Shown: piece after piece, positions 17,785 through 24,726 of the stretch | How the letters are laid out: each line of letters starts with the position of its first letter | Numbering within the stretch: position 1 is the stretch's first letter | Origin: Patescibacteria group bacterium | Lineage (GTDB): Bacteria; Patescibacteriota; Minisyncoccia; Phycocordibacterales; GWA1-40-21 | Direction: 5' to 3' | Assembly (NCBI GenBank): GCA_018971765.1 | Contig: JAGXAA010000002.1 | Span: 1-29,370, forward strand | Length of the DNA: 29,370 nt | Notes under the pieces: generated by a model | Database searches by the model: none | Told to the model about the DNA's origin: nothing | What the model saw: the letters and a program-made list of their open reading frames with translations, nothing else | Position numbers and translations under genes: made by a program

Positions 17785-17835
17785 ATGCGCAATAAATTTA
17801 TTATTGCTCATTAATTCAATTCACTTCAAATTTTT

Positions 17836-18363
17836 ATGTTCTCCGATCCGGCAAAAAATATCGAACAATTCGGACTTTCTAAAGGGATGTTCGTGGCTGA
17901 TTTTGGCGCCGGTTCGGGATTTTACGCGATGTCCGCCGCCAAAGCGGTGGGGGATAAAGGAAGAATCTACGCGATTGATGTCCAAAAAGATTTGCTTCAG
18001 AGAATAAAAAATCAAGCCAATACGGAACGAATGCCGAATATCGAGATAATTTGGGGCGATGTGGAGAAAATAGGAGGAACGAAGCTAAAAGACGATTCGA
18101 TTGACGCCGTGATAATCGCCAACATTCTCTTTCAAGCGGCGGAGAAAAATAATATTTGCCTTGAAGCGACAAGAATTTTAAAAAGAGGCGGAAGAGCGCT
18201 TGTGGTCGATTGGCGCGACTCTTTCGGCGGACTGGGGCCAAAACAAAGCGATGTTTTTTCGTCGTCCGTCGCGAAAGAAATTTTTCAGAAAAATAATTTC
18301 GCGCTCGAAAGGGAATTCAACGCCGGCGAACATCATTACGGGTTAATTTTTAAAAAACAATGA
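17836..18363 (+). CDS. Class I SAM-dependent methyltransferase
   Basis: Motif I VADFGAGSGFYAMSAA, motif II IYAIDVQ, and motif post-II VIIANILFQ. Confidence 0.7.
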   Translation: MFSDPAKNIEQFGLSKGMFVADFGAGSGFYAMSAAKAVGDKGRIYAIDVQKDLLQRIKNQANTERMPNIEIIWGDVEKIGGTKLKDDSIDAVIIANILFQAAEKNNICLEATRILKRGGRALVVDWRDSFGGLGPKQSDVFSSSVAKEIFQKNNFALEREFNAGEHHYGLIFKKQ

Positions 18364-19649
18364 GCAATTTTAGAATAGCGCTTACCGCAATATTCGCGAT
18401 TTTCATCGTAGTCGGCGTTATTATGTTTTCTCTTTCTCGCGGAGGTTCAAGCGGCGCGGGGGAGGAAATAACCCTCTGGGGGACTATTCCGGAATCGCTC
18501 TTCGTCAAATACTTGGACAGCGTTAATTTAAACAGAAAAAACAAAGTATTGATCAAATATGTCGCGAAAGAAGCCAGTTCTTTTGACGCTGAATTTGTCG
18601 AGGCCTTGGCGAGCGGCACGGGGCCGGACGCCATTCTCCTTCCTCAAGACTCGATTCTTCGCCATAAAGACAAGATATATCCGATTCCTTACGGCACTCT
18701 TTCCGAGCGCGCTTTCAAAGACACTTTCATCCAAGAAGCGGAGCTTTATCTCTTTCCTGAGGGTATTATCGCTCTTCCTTTCACGATTGACCCTTTGGTG
18801 ATGTATTGGAACAGAGACATATTCACCGATGCCCTTATGGCGCAAGCGCCGTCTTATTGGGATGAATTTCCTTCTCTTGTCGGAAAAATCACAAAAGTCG
18901 ACAGCCAGCTGAACATCTTAAGAAGCGCGGCGGCATTGGGCGAATTCAGAAATATCGCAAGCGCCAAGGAAATAATTTCAATGCTCATATTTCAAGCGGG
19001 CAATCCCATCGTCAAAAACGATAACGGCAAGACGACAGCCGTTTTGAGCGACAGGATGGATTCGGCCATACCTCCTTCGGAAGCGGCGCTTCGCTTTTAC
19101 GCCGAGTTTTCAAATCCGTCAAAGACTTCTTACTCATGGAACAGGGCGCTCCCTCTTTCCACCTCTTATTTCTTAAGCGGAGATTTGGCGGTTTACTTCG
19201 GTTTCGCCTCGGAATTCGACGGAATTAAAATAAAAAATCCCAATCTTAATTTTGATGTCGCCGTTGTTCCGCAGAGAAGGGGCGCGAATACGAAAACCAC
19301 TTTTGGCGCGATGCAAGGCTTTGCTCTAGTCAAATCTTCCAAAAAATTATCGTCCGCTTGGAGCGCGATATCGACTCTCGCCAATAAGGACAATCTTTCG
19401 CTGTGGACAAAAACATCGGGATTGCCTCCCGTTCGGAGAGACTTGCTAAGCGCCGGTTCGGCTGACCCCGTCGGCTCAGTTTTTTACGCCTCCGCGATAA
19501 TATCCAAAGGGTGGCTTGATCCGAACAAGGAAGAGACTAATGCCGTATTTCAAAATATGGTAGAATCGATAATATCGGGAAAATCAATGCTTGACGAGGC
19601 TGTTCATCAAGCCGATCTTGAATTGCAAAGTATTCTGCCTCAAAAATAA
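18360..19649 (+). CDS. Membrane-anchored extracellular solute-binding protein (ABC-type SBP family 1-like), orphan
   Basis: N-terminal TM anchor. ITLWGTIPE...PDAILLPQD...LVMYWNRDIF resembles sugar-type SBPs. The start overlaps the methyltransferase stop (ATGA). No permease or ATPase is in the window. Confidence 0.5.
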   Translation: MSNFRIALTAIFAIFIVVGVIMFSLSRGGSSGAGEEITLWGTIPESLFVKYLDSVNLNRKNKVLIKYVAKEASSFDAEFVEALASGTGPDAILLPQDSILRHKDKIYPIPYGTLSERAFKDTFIQEAELYLFPEGIIALPFTIDPLVMYWNRDIFTDALMAQAPSYWDEFPSLVGKITKVDSQLNILRSAAALGEFRNIASAKEIISMLIFQAGNPIVKNDNGKTTAVLSDRMDSAIPPSEAALRFYAEFSNPSKTSYSWNRALPLSTSYFLSGDLAVYFGFASEFDGIKIKNPNLNFDVAVVPQRRGANTKTTFGAMQGFALVKSSKKLSSAWSAISTLANKDNLSLWTKTSGLPPVRRDLLSAGSADPVGSVFYASAIISKGWLDPNKEETNAVFQNMVESIISGKSMLDEAVHQADLELQSILPQK

Positions 19650-19657
19650 AAAATTTT

Positions 19658-20296
19658 ATGAAATGTTTAAAATTTCCAATAATGACGGCATTTTTGTTTT
19701 TTTTGAGCGTTGCGTTTCCTCTTTCAAGCTATGCCGCTTATTCCGGCAGCCCCAATCCGATAAGTCCCGGTTTCCAGCTTGTGCCCTGCGACGGCGTTTA
19801 TGTTCCCTGCGATTTCAACGCGCTGATGGAGCTCGTGAACAGAATCATCAGCTTCATTTTTTACCTTTCAATCCCTCTCGCCGCCATATCATTCTCTTAC
19901 GCCGGTTATCTTTATGTGAGCGCCGCGGGAAGCGAAGACAAGATCAAAGAAGCGCACAAAATTTTCGGGAAAGTTATGTGGGGGTTTATTTTGATGTCTT
20001 CAGCGTGGCTTATCGTCTATAGCATAACCAGCGTTCTTCTCGGCAACGATTTCAAAAATTCCAAAAGCAATCTTTTGAGAAATAACGGCGTTCAGAGCGG
20101 CAGTGGAAGCGGTAGCGGCGTTAATGGCGGAAGCGGAGGCGAAGCTGTCGGCAACGGATACAATAGCAGTGTCAGAGTTGGGATTATTAATAGAGGCGCA
20201 ACAGATGCGAAAAATCTCCAGTTTGATTTTGGAGATCAGAATAGCAGCGCGATTACGGATGTGAAAGACCTTCCGTTTAAATTTGGCAATCAGTAG
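19658..20296 (+). CDS. Exported two-helix-hairpin protein, paralog A (TrbC/VirB2-pilin-like topology) with Cys pair and Gly/Ser-rich C-terminal tail
   Basis: Signal peptide ...PLSSYA. Cys pair LVPCDGVYVPCD. The hairpin is ISFSYAGYLYVSAAGSEDKIKEAHKIFGKVMWGFILMSSAWLIV, then the tail SGSGSGSGVNGGSGGEAVGNG. Confidence 0.45.
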   Translation: MKCLKFPIMTAFLFFLSVAFPLSSYAAYSGSPNPISPGFQLVPCDGVYVPCDFNALMELVNRIISFIFYLSIPLAAISFSYAGYLYVSAAGSEDKIKEAHKIFGKVMWGFILMSSAWLIVYSITSVLLGNDFKNSKSNLLRNNGVQSGSGSGSGVNGGSGGEAVGNGYNSSVRVGIINRGATDAKNLQFDFGDQNSSAITDVKDLPFKFGNQ

Positions 20297-20320
20297 TCTT
20301 AAAATTTTAAAATCATTTTT

Positions 20321-20749
20321 ATGAAAAAATTAAATAAAAGGAAAATAGCGGTGATTACGGGGGCGGCGATTTTGTTATTTTTCGCACTGACTTTTCAACC
20401 TATCGTTTCGTTTGCCGCTCTAGACACTGAAGGCGGCAATAACGACAGTGGAAGAAGCGGCAACATCATCACGCTCAGAAATCCCCTCGGCAATAATATC
20501 AACAATCTCCCCGCATTCATCTATATGATCCTTGACATAGTCTTTCGCATCGGAGCGATTATGGCGGTCTTGGTCTTAATGTATGTCGGCTTTATGTTCG
20601 TAAGCGCGAGAGGCGACACGGAAAAGCTTGAGACGGCAAGAAGAGCTTTTCTTTGGACCGTCATCGGCATAGCTCTGCTTCTAGGAGGCAGGCTTATCGC
20701 GAGCATTATAGGCAACACCATAAGTCAAGTTTCCACGGGGATATACTAG
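20321..20749 (+). CDS. Exported two-helix-hairpin protein, paralog B (TrbC/VirB2-pilin-like)
   Basis: Signal peptide ...IVSFA. Hairpin LVLMYVGFMFVSARGDTEKLETARRAFLWTVIGIALLLGGRLIASIIGN. Confidence 0.45.
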   Translation: MKKLNKRKIAVITGAAILLFFALTFQPIVSFAALDTEGGNNDSGRSGNIITLRNPLGNNINNLPAFIYMILDIVFRIGAIMAVLVLMYVGFMFVSARGDTEKLETARRAFLWTVIGIALLLGGRLIASIIGNTISQVSTGIY

Positions 20750-20946
20750 AACCCATTTCAAAAATAATGAATAATCTAAACACCCAAATTTCGAGGAAAA
20801 AACAGAGGATGAGGAAGGAGGCGCAACTTTCGTTGCGACGACTGACGAAACTCTGTTTTTTGCCGAAATTTGGGCGTTTGGATATTCAAGCATTTTCAGT
20901 ATAGCTTTATAAGCGTTTATTTTTGAGATGGGTTCTAATCAAAATT

Positions 20947-21735
20947 ATGAAGAAAATAACTAATCTTAATGGATTATCAATTACGAAACGGGAAAATTCA
21001 GGTCCTCGGGTCGCAAAATCTCTTTGTTTCTTAAATGTTTTTGCTCAACCAGATCGTAAATTTTTCCGTTTCGTAATTAAAAGTAATAGATTAAAATTAT
21101 CGGCGATTATCCTTATATTTCTGATTATGCCGGCAATCACTTTCGCTTTTACGCGCGGTCCGGACGGTTATAATTATTACGACTATCAATCAAACTATCC
21201 TATTGGCGGCCTAATATTCGGCGGAGGCAGTTTCGGCGGCAGCGGTCTATTTTGTTCCGGCGGTTACTATCCCACTTTCTGCAGCGTTATTGAATTTTTC
21301 CTAGGTCTTATAGGAAAATCAATTCCGATTCTTATTTCCATCTCCATTATAGTTTTCGTCTGGGGCGTATTCAGATATGTTATGTACGAAGGAGAAGACA
21401 GGCAAAAAAGCAGAGATGTGATGATGTACGGGATCATCGGTCTGTTTGTAATGGTGTCGGTCTGGGGTTTGGTCGCGCTGGTATATAACACTTTCGGCCT
21501 AAATAATACCAACAACTCCATCTATTATTACGGCAGTGGCGGATATGGCATCGGAAGCGGCGGGGGAGGCGGATTTAGCGGCAGCGGGAGCGGATTGGGA
21601 AAGGCGGCTTTTGACGGCAGTAGCTCTGGCAACGGCGGCGCAAATGACAACACTTCCGGAAGTCCCTTTGGTTTGCCGCCAATCAAGCTCGCTCCCAGCG
21701 ATTTGTCCTTACCGCTTAACACTTCCATAAAATAA
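20947..21735 (+). CDS. Exported two-helix-hairpin protein, paralog C (TrbC/VirB2-pilin-like) with Cys pair and long Gly-rich tail. Repeat A copy 3 lies in-frame in its 5' end
   Basis: Cys pair FCSGGYYPTFC. Hairpin ISIIVFVWGVFRYVMYEGEDRQKSRDVMMYGIIGLFVMVSVWGLVALV. Tail YYYGSGGYGIGSGGGGGFSGSGSG. ATG 20947 (MKKIT...) resembles the paralog starts, but the frame runs through the 100-nt repeat. Alternatively the gene starts downstream at a non-ATG codon. The start is uncertain. Confidence 0.4.
   Translation: MKKITNLNGLSITKRENSGPRVAKSLCFLNVFAQPDRKFFRFVIKSNRLKLSAIILIFLIMPAITFAFTRGPDGYNYYDYQSNYPIGGLIFGGGSFGGSGLFCSGGYYPTFCSVIEFFLGLIGKSIPILISISIIVFVWGVFRYVMYEGEDRQKSRDVMMYGIIGLFVMVSVWGLVALVYNTFGLNNTNNSIYYYGSGGYGIGSGGGGGFSGSGSGLGKAAFDGSSSGNGGANDNTSGSPFGLPPIKLAPSDLSLPLNTSIK
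20979..21078. repeat. Repeat family A, copy 3 (100 nt), embedded in the open frame of paralog C
   Basis: aattacgaaacgggaaaattcaggtcctcgggtcgcaaaa...gtttttgctcaaccagatcgtaaatttttccgtttcgtaatt. Confidence 0.85.
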
Positions 21736-21756
21736 ACATAATAACTTATGATTCCG

Positions 21757-21860
21757 AATTACGAAACGCAAAATTTAGGTCCTCGGGTCGCAAAAACTCT
21801 TTAATGTTATCACAAGGTGTTTTTGCTCAACCAGACCATAAATTTTCGCGTTTCGTAATT
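21757..21860. repeat. Repeat family A, copy 4 (104 nt)
   Basis: A perfect 16-bp terminal inverted repeat ccgaattacgaaacgc / gcgtttcgtaattcgg with the same conserved core. It sits between paralogs C and D. Confidence 0.85.
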
Positions 21861-21951
21861 CGGGATTATGCACAGCCCGCTTGCCTTTTATTGTATGAGA
21901 GTTATAATTTATTAACTTGAAAGAAAGTCAATTATTAATTATCAAATTCTT

Positions 21952-22293
21952 ATGAAAAAAATTATTTCAATCGTTTCCGTGTGCGCTCTCCCGTTTTTCG
22001 CCTTGGCGCAAGGCACCGTTATTGACGCGCAAACATTATTCGCCGAGGTGAACACCATACTGAATTCGATTCTGCCGATTATCATTTCCATCGCCATAAT
22101 TTGGTTTGTCTATAACGCTTTTATATATATGGTTGCCGCCGATGAAGAAAAGAAAGGTGAAGCTAAATCAAAAATGATTTACGGCCTCATAGCCATATTC
22201 GTGATGGTATCAGTTTGGGGATTGGTTAATGTTTTGAAAGGCACTTTCAATCTTAATAATGGCACAATCCCTCCGCCCATTTTGCTTAGATAA
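21952..22293 (+). CDS. Exported two-helix-hairpin protein, paralog D (TrbC/VirB2-pilin-like)
   Basis: Signal peptide MKKIISIVSVCALPFFALAQG. Hairpin IAIIWFVYNAFIYMVAADEEKKGEAKSKMIYGLIAIFVMVSVWGLVNVL. Confidence 0.45.
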   Translation: MKKIISIVSVCALPFFALAQGTVIDAQTLFAEVNTILNSILPIIISIAIIWFVYNAFIYMVAADEEKKGEAKSKMIYGLIAIFVMVSVWGLVNVLKGTFNLNNGTIPPPILLR

Positions 22294-22633
22294 TTTTCCA
22301 TTTTATTCTATGCCCGTCTTTATAAGCATCGCCCGCGCCCAAGGAACGACAAATGCCATAGGCGGCACTTTTTCCCAACTTCTATACAATATTGAAATAT
22401 TCATATTGAATCCGATCATTTATCTTCTTTTTGGTTTGGCTCTAATCATATTTCTTTACGGCGTTTTTGAATTTATCAAAAATTCTGAAAGCGAAGAAGA
22501 GAGGAAGAAGGGCGGGGAACATATGCTCTGGGGGATTATCGGCATGGCGATAATGTTTTCGGCGTACGGAATCATCAATTTCATTCTAAACACCTTGGGG
22601 AACATCGGCTACGGTTATTCGTCATTCTTCTAA
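22259..22633 (+). CDS. Exported two-helix-hairpin protein, paralog E (TrbC/VirB2-pilin-like)
   Basis: ...SIARAQG cleavage-like site (compare paralog D's ALAQG). Hairpin LALIIFLYGVFEFIKNSESEEERKKGGEHMLWGIIGMAIMFSAYGIINFIL. The start is either 22259, overlapping D by 35 nt, or the internal ATG at 22310. Confidence 0.4.
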   Translation: MAQSLRPFCLDNFPFYSMPVFISIARAQGTTNAIGGTFSQLLYNIEIFILNPIIYLLFGLALIIFLYGVFEFIKNSESEEERKKGGEHMLWGIIGMAIMFSAYGIINFILNTLGNIGYGYSSFF

Positions 22634-22721
22634 ATTATCGCGATTGATTGCGATTGAAATTAAAAAAGCGAGGCGAGATTTTGGAATTAAATCCATCATC
22701 TCTCCTCGCTTTTGCATTTAT

Positions 22722-23291
22722 TCAATTCAACAGTTCTAACTGCAGATATGCCCAATCAGGGAGGTCGATGTCGCTGATTTCTCCCCTGTATAATTTAGGG
22801 TTGTTTTTATCTTTTTTAAGATACCAATTTCCCCCATTAGGCGAATTTATCCAACTCCCCTCAATTCTATCTCCAACTTTCCTTCCGTAATAGTGGCTGT
22901 CTTCATTTCTGCTGATGTGGACGGTAAAGCAAAATTTATCGCCATCCTCCGTTACTGTGGCATTCAGATGTCCACTGGTTCTCTTTTCCGGATTACTGCC
23001 ATATTGATGCGGCTTTTTAATCCAAATGTAAGAGGCGGGCATTGATGATTTGGTCTTGAAATGCTTTGGAACTGTCAAAATAGCTCCAATAATCGCCGAA
23101 ATTATCGCAATGGGAATAATCCAATTCCAAATTTTCCCGTAGCTTTTTCTTGTTTCTGCTATTGGTATTGTGGTTATAGGGACTTGTGATTTTTTGGCAT
23201 TCTCTCCATTGATGAGATCCATTAGAGATTTGATTGAATAAGATATTCCAATCACCCCTAATATAATGCCTACAATCTTAAACCAATTCAT
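22722..23291 (-). CDS. Two-TM membrane protein with a C-terminal beta-rich domain, operonic with the SPFH protein (NfeD-like partner)
   Basis: N-terminal TM helices (IVGIILGVIGISY; IIPIAIISAIIGAIL). Its start overlaps the SPFH stop by 4 nt (ATGA). The NfeD call rests on topology and gene context only. Confidence 0.35.
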   Translation of the reverse strand: MNWFKIVGIILGVIGISYSIKSLMDLINGENAKKSQVPITTIPIAETRKSYGKIWNWIIPIAIISAIIGAILTVPKHFKTKSSMPASYIWIKKPHQYGSNPEKRTSGHLNATVTEDGDKFCFTVHISRNEDSHYYGRKVGDRIEGSWINSPNGGNWYLKKDKNNPKLYRGEISDIDLPDWAYLQLELLN

Positions 23292-24505
23292 TTTTTGCCC
23301 CCAGTCTTTTTATCATCGTCGTCATCCGGAGATTTAGTTTTTTTCAAAATTTCCTGAACGCTGGAAATAAGACTGCCTAGACCTTCAGGTATGATGCTGT
23401 ATTTAGCGTTTTTCAAGGCTTCTTCTTGGGTTTTTGATATAATCGCAACCTTACCTTCCGTCGTTTTGGCTACCCCCGCTATTTTTTCCAGCCCTTCCGC
23501 TTCAGCTTCCAAGAAAGATAATCTGGCGTTGGCAACTCCTGTGCCCTTATCCGTTTCAAATTTTTTCTCTCCTTCCCCTTCAAGTTCGCGTGACTTTTTC
23601 TTTTTTTCCGCTTCTTTTACGCCAACCTCGTAACGCAGTTTTGAATCAGCAACATCTCGCAAGCTTTGATTTATTGTCTTGCTTAAATCAACATCCGCAA
23701 GTTGGACATTTATAACATTTATTCCCCAGCTTTCTTCTTGATTAAATGAGTCAGGATCTTCAGGGTCGGGTATTTCACCGACCAAAATCTCAATTTTTTC
23801 CCTTAATTTTCTGTTTATCTCCTCCTTGTCTATAATAATTAAGGCAGGAGTTCTTTTTGGAAATTCGATGTTTAAGACAGAATCCACCGTATCTCTCATC
23901 TGGGAAACTGCATGTTCTATGCTGCCAATGTTCGTTAAGAAAGAGATAAAGTCGTCACCCCTTATTTGAAATCTAACCACAACAGACGGTTCCAATGTCA
24001 TTATTTCATTAAGAGGATGGTCTTTAAATTCTTTAATCCGAACTTTATCTTCATCTGATATCATATCCCTTGATGCCGTTGTTACCCTTATGGGTTTTAG
24101 GTATCCGGTTGGGACCGGTCTATTGTCTAGGCCAGATTTATCCACAAATTCCGGCTCGGCAGGAAATTGCTCTTTGATTACAAGTTTTGTTTCCTTTGCC
24201 AGTTGACAAACTATGAAAGGAACATACACTAAACCGGATTTGACTTGATGTAATGGTCTGCCAAACAGAAGCACTGCGCCCAAAGATTTTGGACCGACAG
24301 TCCTAAAGCTCAACCCAAAATGAAAAAACTCGATAGAAAGTATTGCCCAACCCAAGTTCCATTTATTTTTTTCATCAATAGAAACCTCCTTTTCCATAAG
24401 AACCAGCGCAACACAGGCAAAAATGGCGTATGTCACCATTACCCATATCCACAATGAAATCATATTTTTCCGCTCTTTCTTAAAATTGTCACTTTTATCA
24501 ACCAT
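23288..24505 (-). CDS. SPFH/band-7 (stomatin/prohibitin/HflK-like) membrane protein
   Basis: N-terminal TM, then the band-7 core FRTVGPKSLGAVLLFGRPLHQVKSGLVYVPFIV ... and a coiled-coil charged segment (EAEKKKKSRELEGEGEKK). Confidence 0.75.
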   Translation of the reverse strand: MVDKSDNFKKERKNMISLWIWVMVTYAIFACVALVLMEKEVSIDEKNKWNLGWAILSIEFFHFGLSFRTVGPKSLGAVLLFGRPLHQVKSGLVYVPFIVCQLAKETKLVIKEQFPAEPEFVDKSGLDNRPVPTGYLKPIRVTTASRDMISDEDKVRIKEFKDHPLNEIMTLEPSVVVRFQIRGDDFISFLTNIGSIEHAVSQMRDTVDSVLNIEFPKRTPALIIIDKEEINRKLREKIEILVGEIPDPEDPDSFNQEESWGINVINVQLADVDLSKTINQSLRDVADSKLRYEVGVKEAEKKKKSRELEGEGEKKFETDKGTGVANARLSFLEAEAEGLEKIAGVAKTTEGKVAIISKTQEEALKNAKYSIIPEGLGSLISSVQEILKKTKSPDDDDDKKTGGKK

Positions 24506-24654
24506 CCCGCGCCTTCCTTTCTTTAAAAGAATTTAACGAAGTTAATTAAACTGAATGACGAAGATCTTTTCTTTAATAAATCTGTCAAAAAACTAGCATA
24601 ACTTATTGATAAGTCAAGTTTTTTTGCAGAGATGGAGGTTGTTAGGCGATAGTC

Positions 24655-24694
24655 GTCTAAAAAATAAAGGGGTGAGTTTTTTAACCCACCCCTT
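24655..24694 (-). terminator. Intrinsic terminator for the - strand lipoprotein gene
   Basis: On the - strand this reads aaggggtgggtt-aaaaaa-ctcacccctt followed by TATTTTTT. Confidence 0.55.
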
Positions 24695-24726
24695 GCGGCA
24701 AAATGAAGCCGTGCCACGCGTCAGCA

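Noticed and set aside
20653-20904. 83-aa His/Arg-rich ORF overlapping the 3' end of pilin-like paralog B
   Set aside because: Out of frame with paralog B and runs into an intergenic terminator-like hairpin (~20829-20862). No family signal.
21528-21730. Pro-rich (- strand, PPPPLPMPYPPLP) and Ala-rich (+ strand) 64-66-aa ORFs
   Set aside because: These are alternative-frame and antisense readings of the Gly-rich (GGN/GSG) tail-coding region of pilin-like paralog C. This is a low-complexity artefact.
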